DNA of 64,000 nt from a virus: IMG/VR virus record IMGVR_UViG_3300027985_001833, positions 14,539 to 78,538 of that record; one strand, given 5' to 3'. Below the pieces are notes generated by a model, which worked only from the letters and a program-made list of their open reading frames with translations, had not been told where the DNA came from and did no database searches. Positions 47,966 to 57,393 of this stretch are shown here, piece after piece. The number at the start of each line of letters is the position of its first letter. Position 1 is the stretch's first letter. Made by a program: the position numbers and the translations under genes.

Positions 47966-48175
47966 TCAATGTTTCTCTATCAAAATTTTTTTGGTTGGAC
48001 GAAGATCAGTAATTTCAAAATCATATTCACTATCAACCACGGAACCAGATAACACTATCAACGCTTGATCATCTTTATTTGTCCAACATTTTAGCAACAT
48101 TGTTTCATGCTCTAACAAAATATCGCCTTCCATCGGGATAGTGATAACATCATTTTCATTTTTGATAATTGTCAT
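47966..48175 (-). CDS. hypothetical protein
   Basis: GGAG RBS, co-oriented. Confidence 0.5.
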   Translation of the reverse strand: MTIIKNENDVITIPMEGDILLEHETMLLKCWTNKDDQALIVLSGSVVDSEYDFEITDLRPTKKILIEKH

Positions 48176-48437
48176 TATATATCTCCACTGCTTTTATTTT
48201 AGCATTCATCAGATTGGAAGCTTGAAATTCATAATTTGTTTTTTCAACGTCATATACAATTAACATGAAATTCACTCCATATACACCATGCCTTTTTAAA
48301 ATAGCCTTTGGTTTTTTTTTCAATATCCAAATTGGTGAATTGCCCCAACCTTTATTAATTCTCTTCCATGCACCACACTTCTTCATAATTATCTTTCCAT
48401 TATCAACACAACTATATTTTTTATTAACACCTAACAA
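48156..48437 (-). CDS. hypothetical protein
   Basis: co-oriented ORF; start uncertain. Confidence 0.45.
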   Translation of the reverse strand: MLGVNKKYSCVDNGKIIMKKCGAWKRINKGWGNSPIWILKKKPKAILKRHGVYGVNFMLIVYDVEKTNYEFQASNLMNAKIKAVEIYNDNYQK

Positions 48438-48455
48438 AGGAATTTATGAATTCAA

Positions 48456-48761
48456 CTATACCGGAACGAATCTTTCTTGGTGACTTTTTTTCAATACAAG
48501 CATAGTCAACTTAATTGCCACAGGATTGTCTGCATTTTTTCTATATACCTCTAATACAGTTTTACCACCAAAGACGATTTCTTCCAACATTAACATTGCC
48601 TCGTTAAGATTTTTTTGTTTAACGTAAAGTTTACAAATAGCAACTCCTTCATCGCCAGATTGACTATCAAACGATTCTTCAAAATTTCTCAATGCAGATA
48701 TTATTTTTTGAATTTTCAAAAACGTACCAATTCTTTTCATTCTCAATTGAGTTCTTGTCAT
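48456..48761 (-). CDS. hypothetical early protein
   Basis: AAGGAG RBS directly below promoter repeat copy 1. Confidence 0.55.
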   Translation of the reverse strand: MTRTQLRMKRIGTFLKIQKIISALRNFEESFDSQSGDEGVAICKLYVKQKNLNEAMLMLEEIVFGGKTVLEVYRKNADNPVAIKLTMLVLKKSHQERFVPV

Positions 48762-48806
48762 TTCATTCTCCTTGGTTGATTATCTATTTGTTATCCACCT
48801 TTTAAC

Positions 48807-48860
48807 AATATAACCTCCAATTGAATGAAAGTAAAGAGATAATTACAAAAAAAGTTGTAA
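48807..48860 (-). promoter_or_regulatory. repeated early promoter plus operator, copy 1
   Basis: minus strand TTTACT-17bp-TATATT; palindrome TTACAA-AAAAAG-TTGTAA (plus strand) at 48843-48860. Confidence 0.8.
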
Positions 48861-48894
48861 GTTTTTTTTAAAAACCTCCATCAAAAATAAAATA

Positions 48895-49155
48895 TTATGA
48901 TTCACCACAATCACAATCAGAGCAACAACGTCTATCACATCTTGATGATTTTGGTTTTAAAAAAACCGAAATCTCGGGCTCTTTAAAATGTTTGAAAGAG
49001 CCCGTAACACAACGAGTATTCACATCTTGTATACTTATATTCCTAACGCCTGATGTACACTTACCAAACAAATATTTGTAATAAATACAATTTCCGCACA
49101 CACACTCTCTCTCTTGCCCTTTTTCATTTTCATTTTCATTCTTCATTTGATTCAA
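48895..49155 (-). CDS. small Cys-rich protein
   Basis: CGNCIYY...C; CCSDCDC. Confidence 0.5.
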   Translation of the reverse strand: MNQMKNENENEKGQERECVCGNCIYYKYLFGKCTSGVRNISIQDVNTRCVTGSFKHFKEPEISVFLKPKSSRCDRRCCSDCDCGES

Positions 49156-49326
49156 ACTCCTTAAAAATTACAGTTTTGTTTTTTTTAATAAGCTCTTTAA
49201 ACACTAATTCCAACGCCGGAGCAGTACTTTTACTATCAAATAAAAATGAATTTAAATCATTTAATTCTTTTTTTTGACCAATTGTCAACTTTATTTTCAT
49301 TAATTTTCCTACGAGAATTTAAATCT

Positions 49327-49518
49327 TCAATTGATAATTCGCCTAATCCGCCCTTTTAACCATCGCTTAATAGATGCATTTTCACGTTTTCTACGAATTT
49401 TATAATCTTCAAAATTTTCATCCAACTGACGTTTTGGTGGACCAATTTCAAGTTCCATACTTGTTGATTGAGTCAATATTTCAGTCCTATCTACCAATGG
49501 CATTATTTTTTCTTGCAC
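49327..49518 (-). CDS. hypothetical protein
   Basis: PKR...E.FEDYK.RRK motif; GGAGG RBS. Confidence 0.55.
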   Translation of the reverse strand: MQEKIMPLVDRTEILTQSTSMELEIGPPKRQLDENFEDYKIRRKRENASIKRWLKGRIRRIIN

Positions 49519-49529
49519 ATCGTCCTCCT

Positions 49530-50504
49530 TTATGGCATTATAGCGGTATCGCCAATAAATAATTCCCTAGGCCAATGGCGCATGGCATAATTCCTGGTGC
49601 GTTGGTATCGTCCACCTTTGATGCCGCGATGCCACCGACCATAATTAGTATTGCCTAATTTTCTCAACAATATTTTTGGAAAAACATCACTGCCCATAAT
49701 CCCTGTTGCACCTAATTTTTCCACCTCATCGACTGCGCTGCACAAAACGCGTAAAGCTTTGCCCGGCGCATTGACCGAATGCGACCAGAAAACACACATT
49801 GCCAAATCCCAACCAAATCCAAGTTCTGTACAACTGACTGTTGCTAAAGATTTGGGATAACATGCACTTTGAATAGTATTCGATTGCCAAAATTCATGTT
49901 TGCAAAATCTTAATTTTGTTCGTTCTGCACGTTTAATGAAATATTCTTCACCAAATCTTAATTGCACATCAAAGGTCTCGTGGCAAGAAAATAAATTGTG
50001 AAAAATCGTTACCCAATCTTCAGCGCGACGACGTTTTGAGCCCGACGTTGGCATAATACCGTCGAAAGAACCTGTAAATATATCACGTATTTGTCGACCA
50101 GTTGCCAGCTTGCCGGTTTTTGCTATTAAACATTTACCATGAGGCGATAACACCAAGCCGTCTTCTGCCATAAAATCCTCAACGATACCCTTACGGTAAC
50201 ACAATTTTGATCTTGGCATCTCTGGAAACGCCCAAATTCTATTTAGTAATTTCCACATTTCGCCTTGATCATTTTTCTTTATGTTATCGTCAAGCATTTT
50301 TGGATATACGGCTACAGCTTGGTGTATTCCAACCGTCATACCGGTTCCATCATAATTCATCACAGAACCAAATTTTCCATTTGATTCAACCATGGCTGTA
50401 AGGTATGATGCCCATCGAAGATGATCAAGCGTTGATGGCATTTCTAATTCAAAGATGCCATCAATTTTCACTCCTGCATATTTTCCGAATTCAATTCTTT
50501 TCAC
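49530..50504 (-). CDS. lysozyme-fold peptidoglycan hydrolase (candidate endolysin)
   Basis: ES.G.F..V..YD..G.TVG..Q catalytic-loop pattern; later S.SVN.P and RY. Confidence 0.6.
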   Translation of the reverse strand: MKRIEFGKYAGVKIDGIFELEMPSTLDHLRWASYLTAMVESNGKFGSVMNYDGTGMTVGIHQAVAVYPKMLDDNIKKNDQGEMWKLLNRIWAFPEMPRSKLCYRKGIVEDFMAEDGLVLSPHGKCLIAKTGKLATGRQIRDIFTGSFDGIMPTSGSKRRRAEDWVTIFHNLFSCHETFDVQLRFGEEYFIKRAERTKLRFCKHEFWQSNTIQSACYPKSLATVSCTELGFGWDLAMCVFWSHSVNAPGKALRVLCSAVDEVEKLGATGIMGSDVFPKILLRKLGNTNYGRWHRGIKGGRYQRTRNYAMRHWPRELFIGDTAIMP

Positions 50505-51252
50505 AACATTCCTCCTTGTTATTAATTACTCTAGTCAGTAAACCTTTAGGAATCACCGGATTGTAAATCTGGATTTCACCCTTTCCTTCGCACACCCAAC
50601 ATTTTTCATAACTTGGTTTATTCTTGTTTTCCTGGAGATTGTTGCCTATTCCGTTGCACACTTTACAGTTATTTACTAAAATAAAATTACCATTTGGTAA
50701 TTTTATTTTTCTCGGATGCGGCATTGTGGCAGGAAACGACTTAAAAGGTTTGTATCTTGGATAAAATTTGCCTGAACCGCCACATAAATTGCACTTTCCG
50801 ATCACTTTTTTAGTTGCAGAATGCATATAATTTCCTGTTCCATGGCATTTTTTACAAGAATAATAATGAATTCCGCTTCCATTACAAATTTCACAATCAA
50901 CCATATTTTTTTCACTATAAAATATTTTATAACCTTTACCGTTACAAATTTCACAATCCACAGCATTAATCATAGGATCTAATCCACCACCTAATTCAGA
51001 TAAAAGCACGCCGCAAGTTGTTTTGATCTCTTCAGCCTTCAAACCTAATTCATGAGTAACCAATTTTTTCATCAATCCATAGGCCTTTTTTAGTGCATCG
51101 AATTGTTCATTCGAACCACCATGATCAGGATGCACTTTAAAAGATTGTTTCCTGAAAGCTTTTTTCAATTCACCAATCGTAAACGATTCATTCAATTCCA
51201 AAAATGATCGAGCCTCATTTTCTAACATAACTTCCTCCATTGAATTTACCAA
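50491..51252 (-). CDS. J-domain protein with DnaJ-type zinc fingers
   Basis: LKKAFRK....HPD.GG..E.F..L..AY; six CxxCxGxG motifs. Confidence 0.88.
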   Translation of the reverse strand: MVNSMEEVMLENEARSFLELNESFTIGELKKAFRKQSFKVHPDHGGSNEQFDALKKAYGLMKKLVTHELGLKAEEIKTTCGVLLSELGGGLDPMINAVDCEICNGKGYKIFYSEKNMVDCEICNGSGIHYYSCKKCHGTGNYMHSATKKVIGKCNLCGGSGKFYPRYKPFKSFPATMPHPRKIKLPNGNFILVNNCKVCNGIGNNLQENKNKPSYEKCWVCEGKGEIQIYNPVIPKGLLTRVINNKEECCEKN

Positions 51253-51352
51253 CCATGATTGACGCCAATCAATTTAAGCAATGCAATAACGTCTAATGTT
51301 TTTAATTTATGTGCAATTGCAGCCTAAAATGAATTTTTGTATCACAATTATC

Positions 51353-51380
51353 TTTACCGTATCCAAAAATACACTATAAT
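51353..51380 (+). promoter_or_regulatory. sigma70-type promoter of lone plus-strand gene
   Basis: TTTACC-16bp-TATAAT followed by AAGGAG RBS. Confidence 0.6.
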
Positions 51381-51414
51381 AAACCCGTCAAAACACAACA
51401 CAAGGAGTAAAAAA

Positions 51415-52323
51415 ATGGGAACAGGACACGTCAACATTTGGCTACGAAATGCAATTTGCGATGTAATCCCTGATTGTTGGAGAACTGATCTAGTTATCCA
51501 AGGATGTAACGGAAATTACCTCGTGAATACATGGCCGAAAATTATCGATCAACTCAAAAAACGATATTCAACCCCTGCCACTGTGGCAGATGTTGATTCT
51601 TGGCCACTAATCACAGATCAAGGCGGCAAAACTCTCACACTAAATTATGGTACATCAAGTGAAGAATCTGTGATTTTTGCATCACCCGCTACATCGCAAT
51701 CAGAAATATTTGATCAAATGGCAAATCAACTCACCAAATATGAAGTGAAAATGGTTGATAACCGCATTAGAATTTACACACTTGAAAGAGGTCCTGGTGC
51801 ATCCATAACAATCTCTGGCGATGCCAACGTAGCTTGGGGTGCGCCCCAAGCAGGCGGCGGGTGGAAGGTCCTTAGTCATTTTTATCAAAATGCCCAACGC
51901 ATTATGCTCATGCCACCTAACGGTGAATTTATCGATGACATACATGTTGACATACCGCCAGGATGCTATAAAATTTGGACTAGAGTTTGCCACGGCGCAA
52001 ACGAAGAGACTAGTGTTAATTGCGTATATGTCGGTTGTGGTGGCGAAAGCTGTGTTTGTTTGATGCTACCTGCTGTCAAAACTTGTTCCGGCCAAGTTCT
52101 TTTCCCGTTGATGAAACAGCTTGTCAAAGAGCAAGCGCTCAATGGCGATGATGATCGATTAGCTGTGATGCGGGGCATTATGTATGCCGCGCATTTAGGC
52201 AAAAATGCCGTTATCGTAGCACTAGATCAACAAATTGCAGAAGCGCAAGAAAAAGGCGACACCGAGCTAGAAGCCGATATCCAAGCCCTCAAGACTCTTG
52301 CGCAACAATTGCCTGAGTGCTGA
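51415..52323 (+). CDS. Cys-rich hypothetical protein (moron-like; only plus-strand gene)
   Basis: ATG at 51415 with AAGGAG RBS and own promoter; ~302 aa; no long competing minus-strand ORF. Confidence 0.8.
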   Translation: MGTGHVNIWLRNAICDVIPDCWRTDLVIQGCNGNYLVNTWPKIIDQLKKRYSTPATVADVDSWPLITDQGGKTLTLNYGTSSEESVIFASPATSQSEIFDQMANQLTKYEVKMVDNRIRIYTLERGPGASITISGDANVAWGAPQAGGGWKVLSHFYQNAQRIMLMPPNGEFIDDIHVDIPPGCYKIWTRVCHGANEETSVNCVYVGCGGESCVCLMLPAVKTCSGQVLFPLMKQLVKEQALNGDDDRLAVMRGIMYAAHLGKNAVIVALDQQIAEAQEKGDTELEADIQALKTLAQQLPEC

Positions 52324-52381
52324 TGATCAACGCAACCCAAACCGTAACGACGACAACAAACAGCATTCGTTGTTTTCTTCA

Positions 52382-52957
52382 TCATTCGTCTCCATAATTT
52401 TCTAAAAACAATCCTTTGCCCTTAGATAAATCATAACCCCACATCCCCAACGCCATACCAAATACGCAACCATAATTTACAGCAATAACAGGACCGCCAG
52501 AAAATCCAGGTACAAAATCGTTTTCAAATTCCAAAAACATAATTTGGTGATCATTTGAAAAATCTTCCACAACTTTATTGAAAATTGTTGTGCGAATTTT
52601 TCTTTTGAATCCTGGATACCCAACGACATCCACTTCAGCGCCAACGCTTGGAATATTTTTACAAACAGGCAAAAAATGTTCAGTAATTTCCTCATCAAAA
52701 TAAATTTCACAAATATCTGCATCTTCATCGCAATCCCACGTATGCGAGGTTTTATTCACGCCCGGACCTACCACGGTTAGCACATTATCCTTTGTTTTAG
52801 CAACAACATGATACGCCGTTAATAAAACATCAGATTCAACAAAAAAACCAGTTCCACATACGGAATCAGACTCCAAATAATTCACACAAACCTTATGAAT
52901 ATCTGAATATTCACAACCTATCAACAATACAAAAAACAAAAATACAAATGATTTCAT
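52382..52957 (-). CDS. trypsin-like serine protease, predicted lipoprotein
   Basis: lipobox-like LLIGC; GTGF, LTAYHV, DADI, PGFSGGPV (H-D-S triad). Confidence 0.85.
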   Translation of the reverse strand: MKSFVFLFFVLLIGCEYSDIHKVCVNYLESDSVCGTGFFVESDVLLTAYHVVAKTKDNVLTVVGPGVNKTSHTWDCDEDADICEIYFDEEITEHFLPVCKNIPSVGAEVDVVGYPGFKRKIRTTIFNKVVEDFSNDHQIMFLEFENDFVPGFSGGPVIAVNYGCVFGMALGMWGYDLSKGKGLFLENYGDE

Positions 52958-53361
52958 ATCACACCTCTTTTGCTCTTAACCATTCTAGCAATTCTGTGTT
53001 TATCAAGAAATAATTCGATTGCAGTGAATTTATGAGATGGTAAATTTCTTTGCTCCAAAATAAATCCATTGTCATTAAACCAACAAATCCATTTATACAA
53101 TTGTTCAATGGATTTAACGCTGTGTCCCAAAACCGCGACGCAAGGATGTTTGTGATACGCATCCTTTGGAGACCAAACTACGCCGTTGAGATCAATACGC
53201 TTATATTTTTCATCATACCATATGTAATCTGGATACACAGTGTTTGCAATTATCCCTACGCAATCTCTACCAAAGCCGCAAGTGCCTTGAAGTTCCAGCA
53301 CTGCCCCGTTGCGATTTGCCCAATCCCTCATCCACCCAATCTTGTCTTCAATTTTCATCAT
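52954..53361 (-). CDS. hypothetical phage protein
   Basis: G.CGFGR.CVG, P.DAYHKH.C.AVLG. Confidence 0.6.
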   Translation of the reverse strand: MMKIEDKIGWMRDWANRNGAVLELQGTCGFGRDCVGIIANTVYPDYIWYDEKYKRIDLNGVVWSPKDAYHKHPCVAVLGHSVKSIEQLYKWICWFNDNGFILEQRNLPSHKFTAIELFLDKHRIARMVKSKRGVI

Positions 53362-53455
53362 CTTCCCTCTTCACCTAAATCATAATCCAACCTCGGCACA
53401 CCTCGATGTTGACGTTACAACGCCCTTATTCCATGATCACACGCACTACCAACCT

Positions 53456-53659
53456 TTAATCAACCAACCGAACCGATTCTGGTTCCACTATCCAATTCGC
53501 AAAAGTACCCTGTTTAGGGTTGTAAGATTGTGCCTTCCAACCTGCGTCGCACTCATAACAAAAAACTATTTGAATATTGTCTGAATAACCAACTACAGAA
53601 TGCGTCGCGTGAGCAATTTTAATCCTTGATTCGATTTCATTTTGAATTACGTTTTTCAT
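53456..53659 (-). CDS. hypothetical early protein
   Basis: AGGAG RBS below promoter copy 2; CYEC. Confidence 0.5.
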   Translation of the reverse strand: MKNVIQNEIESRIKIAHATHSVVGYSDNIQIVFCYECDAGWKAQSYNPKQGTFANWIVEPESVRLVD

Positions 53660-53679
53660 TTTGCTATCTCCTACTTAAT

Positions 53680-53732
53680 AATATAATCTAAGATTGAATA
53701 AAGTAAAGGGGTTCTATCAAAAAAAGTTGTAA
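53680..53732 (-). promoter_or_regulatory. repeated early promoter plus operator, copy 2
   Basis: TTTACT-16bp-TATATT; TATCAA-AAAAAG-TTGTAA at 53715-53732. Confidence 0.75.
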
Positions 53733-53771
53733 GTTTTTACTTATTGTCATTATACATTTCAAAGTGAAGGA

Positions 53772-54029
53772 TTATCTGATTGCCAGGGGTGCACCAATGC
53801 GCAGATCACTAGGGAACAATATTTCAATTGAACTAAATATGACTCCATCCTTATCATAACAATATGCTGGTCGATGACCAACCATTTGGCCTTCTATCGT
53901 GGCACAATGAAAATCATCAACAAAAAAAATTTTCTTCAATTTATCCATCTGATATCTAGTCAAAACACCATTAGTGCTGACATTGGTTGTCATTTTTGTG
54001 CCACGAAAATTTTTAAACACTATCTTCAT
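53772..54029 (-). CDS. hypothetical protein
   Basis: co-oriented ORF. Confidence 0.45.
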   Translation of the reverse strand: MKIVFKNFRGTKMTTNVSTNGVLTRYQMDKLKKIFFVDDFHCATIEGQMVGHRPAYCYDKDGVIFSSIEILFPSDLRIGAPLAIR

Positions 54030-54049
54030 TCAATTATTCTTTCTGTTTT

Positions 54050-54508
54050 TCATTCCTGATTGCCTATGATGCCCAATTTTTCGTAAGGTCTCAAAAAATA
54101 TGATTCAGCTATGCTTGCTTCGCGCATTGCCAAGGAGTTTTCCTCATCTTGACATCTAGCTGCACAACAATACCCGATGGATTTGCCAGCAGCTTCAACT
54201 GCTGGCCTGATAGCGCCGCACGCACAATGCTGGATAGCGCACCAAACGCAATGCGCCGCTATGGCATAGTAGTAAATAGCGCGATTTCCTATGGTTTTAT
54301 CATATACGTAATCACTTCCGGCAGCCTTGACTGCTTCAGTGAGTAACTGCGTATATGTTCTATCGATTTGATTTATTTTGTTTGAAGCTAATCGTTCTTT
54401 TGTTATTGCTAAATTCGCCGACAACTCTTCGGTATCGCGACCAGCCTCTTCATACATAACTAACAACGATTCAGCTAAATCCAAACACAACTTATTGTAA
54501 TTCACCAT
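54050..54508 (-). CDS. hypothetical helical protein
   Basis: Ala-rich helical ORF with GAGG RBS. Confidence 0.5.
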   Translation of the reverse strand: MVNYNKLCLDLAESLLVMYEEAGRDTEELSANLAITKERLASNKINQIDRTYTQLLTEAVKAAGSDYVYDKTIGNRAIYYYAIAAHCVWCAIQHCACGAIRPAVEAAGKSIGYCCAARCQDEENSLAMREASIAESYFLRPYEKLGIIGNQE

Positions 54509-54728
54509 CTTCCTCTATTTTTTCTACCCACATTATGGGTTTCGATATATTGCCACAAACAGGGCACTCTGAAGGAACACAAGTGCCCAATTCCAAGTAC
54601 ATTTCATTGCAACAACTCCAAACAACAAATTCTCTTTCCAACAACACGCTTGACATATTTTCTCCTTTTTAACACTATCTAGCATAACTCCATTAATGCC
54701 ATACGGCAAGTGCTTTTAACACATCCCA

Positions 54729-55034
54729 TTAAATAAATCTATAAGATTTACTTTCCCAATAATATTGCCAACATTCAGAACACAAATCGTCAATTAATTT
54801 TTTGCATTCTTTGCCGCATTCTGGACAAATATGACAGTGTAAATCTTTTGTTGTCTTTTGATCAATCGTTTTTTCAAGCAATCCAATATCACATTGCCTT
54901 ATGTGCACTTCTTTTTCCATCCCCACCCCCTTTTTCTTTTCCATAAGTCTACGCAAAAAATTTAATTCTGACATCAAAGCCACGAACCTTCTCCCAGGAA
55001 TTGAAACAAATCTTTCTCCATTTTCGTTCATCAT
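54729..55034 (-). CDS. zinc-finger protein
   Basis: CHICPECG...LCSEC. Confidence 0.5.
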   Translation of the reverse strand: MMNENGERFVSIPGRRFVALMSELNFLRRLMEKKKGVGMEKEVHIRQCDIGLLEKTIDQKTTKDLHCHICPECGKECKKLIDDLCSECWQYYWESKSYRFI

Positions 55035-55063
55035 GCTCTCCGGCCTTTCATCGTTTTTTTTAA

Positions 55064-55273
55064 CTACTTCTGTCCCATCACTACATATTTCTTGGCCTTC
55101 AACAATGCCCGTATAAAATCCTTTATATCCTTTGATCTTATAAAAAGTTTGTGCCCTTCGTACATGACAAATACATTATCATTACCTCTGAAAAATCGTA
55201 TTTTTACCTCGCCGAAATTATATTCATCCATATTCGCTCCTCCATAAAATTGTTTTATATCGCTTATCATCAA
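55064..55273 (-). CDS. small protein, paralog of 63091-63348
   Basis: YNFG.V.I.FFRG.D.V+VMY.GH...KDI.DFIRA shared. Confidence 0.65.
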   Translation of the reverse strand: MMISDIKQFYGGANMDEYNFGEVKIRFFRGNDNVFVMYEGHKLFIRSKDIKDFIRALLKAKKYVVMGQK

Positions 55274-55695
55274 ACCTGATGCACGTTAAAAGGATTGTAT
55301 TTATTTAATTCTATTTTATGCTTTTTCAAAGCTTTAGATATTAATTTATTAAACACTTTCAACGAAACATCGTCTTCGTCGTTACCATATTCAGCACACC
55401 TTGATATCATAGATTCACGATAAAGCATCATTTTGGGTGGTAAATATTCATTCATCAAACATTGACGACAAAGCCCTTTATCAACTTGCGGCCTATTGCA
55501 ATCGACACCAATACAAGGTTCGCCATTCACATAATGTTCAAAGCAAATAACTCCGGGATCATCGGGGCCATCCATAATCGCTAAAATTGATGCCTCGCAC
55601 CCACTACAAGCACATTGCAACCCGTCCTCCATTTTAACTTTGTCAGCATCCAACCATCTCTTCTTTTTTTCTGATTTTGTATCCATTTGTTTCAC
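55270..55695 (-). CDS. Cys-rich hypothetical protein
   Basis: CACSGC, C..H, C...C...GLC..C. Confidence 0.5.
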   Translation of the reverse strand: MKQMDTKSEKKKRWLDADKVKMEDGLQCACSGCEASILAIMDGPDDPGVICFEHYVNGEPCIGVDCNRPQVDKGLCRQCLMNEYLPPKMMLYRESMISRCAEYGNDEDDVSLKVFNKLISKALKKHKIELNKYNPFNVHQV

Positions 55696-55708
55696 CTAAC
55701 AGAACCAA

Positions 55709-56065
55709 CTAAATTTTTGATAGCCTTTTAAAACATTTTGCATAAAATTCGTCTGTGTGCTCAGAATAAATCAAATCCGATCTTATCACTGATATTTTAA
55801 TGTCATACGAATTCCAACGGGTGCATTTGCCCCTATAATATGGTGTGCGCCACCTTGAATCCACCCTAAAACCACGTTTGTCCAATTCATCCAACACCAA
55901 TTTGTGATACCTATACAATTTATAAGGCCCATTAGCCCACACATATCGAATATCTTCCCGTCCTCTACCCCACCAAAAACCTCGCATTTTGCAGCAATCA
56001 CTGTGCTGCACTTTCAAATTCTGATTTGAAATATATCTTATCAATTTTTCATGCCAAAGCCACAT
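55709..56065 (-). CDS. pyrimidine-dimer DNA glycosylase-like protein (TIGR02328-like)
   Basis: M.LWH..LI.......L..QH..CC.+RG..W, YH.LV..E+..RG+, W..P.YRGK, Y.EH. Confidence 0.75.
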   Translation of the reverse strand: MWLWHEKLIRYISNQNLKVQHSDCCKMRGFWWGRGREDIRYVWANGPYKLYRYHKLVLDELDKRGFRVDSRWRTPYYRGKCTRWNSYDIKISVIRSDLIYSEHTDEFYAKCFKRLSKI

Positions 56066-56094
56066 CTCTCGCCTCCGATGCTATCATTTTCATT

Positions 56095-57393
56095 TCATTC
56101 CTCTCCCGTGCCATGGTGGCTACTTTCCCAATTTTCACACCCACCATAGTATTTGTCTATTTTCAGCGCAACATCGCACCCGGCAGTTTTGTGAAATACA
56201 AAATTACAAAAATTTTCATCTCGATATTTACAATCATAACATGTATAGTGCACTTTAAAGCGGTCCAAAATGTATCCCATCATTAGCAAAAAAGCTTTTT
56301 CCGTTTTATCGTCCACCAATAATTTACCATATTCGTCATCATGAATTATTTTGCATTCCGATTTTTCTATAACTTTATCCCAACCTATAATCTCGCACAA
56401 ACACCTCCGTTGCTCTATGTTTTCCCAGGTAAAACAATCACTAATATCTATATTCCCCCTATCTATTATCCATTCTTTTGGCACAATGGTGCCATGCCAT
56501 GCATAAATTTTCATGCCGTACTTGTATTCCAACGCCGCAGTCGACTCGTTATGTAACCTGTTATTTTCGTCTCTATATATTTTGCATGGTTTGGGCGTTA
56601 TTATTGCGTAATTATCAAACGGCCACCACCATCCACAATATTTAGCAGTATCAAATAATCCATTTAGCTTACTACAACAATCCAGCTCACAAATGTCCAG
56701 AAAATAATTATAGAAGGAAAACCATCCCGAATCATGTGAGCCATATCCACATTTATTTAGTTGTTTTTTAATCTGATCCTGATCCATGACCTGATCCATG
56801 ATCTGAGTCTTAATCTGATCCCTGATCTGATCCATGACCTGATCTCCAACCGGATGCCCTACTTGATATATGACATGAGACCAGACCCCAGAACTAATCT
56901 GATCTCTAATATGAGGCCAGATCTGGCCCCACGTCCACATCGGATTCCAAATCTGATCTCTAACTTGATTTCCTATTTGATCCTTGACCTGATACCAGGC
57001 CCCAGAACTAATCTGATCCATGACATGGGCCTCGATTTGAGACCAAACCTTAAACTCGATCTGATTTGCTACCCGATCTACTACCTGATCTGCTATTTGA
57101 TCTGCTACCTGATCCCAAACTTGATCCTTAACCTTATTCCCGACCTGGTTTCTGACTTGATCCTGATCCGCATCCATATTAGATAGCATACAAGCACCAA
57201 TGCAGCCTTCTAAAGGATCATTTAAAAATATAAAATATTCTGGCTCTTTCAACCCAGCCCATTTATATGCCAATTTTACGGCATTCTTGGCCTTCTCTTT
57301 GTCTAATGGATCAGTATTAAGCCCTATTCTCAACCATTTATCTCTATATGCTGACAATTGTGATACTTGCTCTTTTGTTAATTTTTCTATCAT
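56095..57393 (-). CDS. Q/D/V/W tetrapeptide-repeat phage protein (DUF6745-like)
   Basis: MIEKLT.EQ...Y..KW...G; (DQ+x)n repeats; G.HD..W..FY.YF, CGWWW, RLH...A+.Y..G...Y.WHG, N.EQRR. Confidence 0.78.
   Translation of the reverse strand: MIEKLTKEQVSQLSAYRDKWLRIGLNTDPLDKEKAKNAVKLAYKWAGLKEPEYFIFLNDPLEGCIGACMLSNMDADQDQVRNQVGNKVKDQVWDQVADQIADQVVDRVANQIEFKVWSQIEAHVMDQISSGAWYQVKDQIGNQVRDQIWNPMWTWGQIWPHIRDQISSGVWSHVIYQVGHPVGDQVMDQIRDQIKTQIMDQVMDQDQIKKQLNKCGYGSHDSGWFSFYNYFLDICELDCCSKLNGLFDTAKYCGWWWPFDNYAIITPKPCKIYRDENNRLHNESTAALEYKYGMKIYAWHGTIVPKEWIIDRGNIDISDCFTWENIEQRRCLCEIIGWDKVIEKSECKIIHDDEYGKLLVDDKTEKAFLLMMGYILDRFKVHYTCYDCKYRDENFCNFVFHKTAGCDVALKIDKYYGGCENWESSHHGTGEE
56765..57170 (-). repeat. 12-bp-period coding repeats (GATCAG-rich)
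   Basis: repeated ctgatc/ttgatc units on the plus strand encoding DQ. Confidence 0.75.

Noticed and set aside
56765-57170. High GATC density as a methylation or regulatory array
   Set aside because: Explained by repeated Asp-Gln codons (GAT CAG) of the protein repeat.
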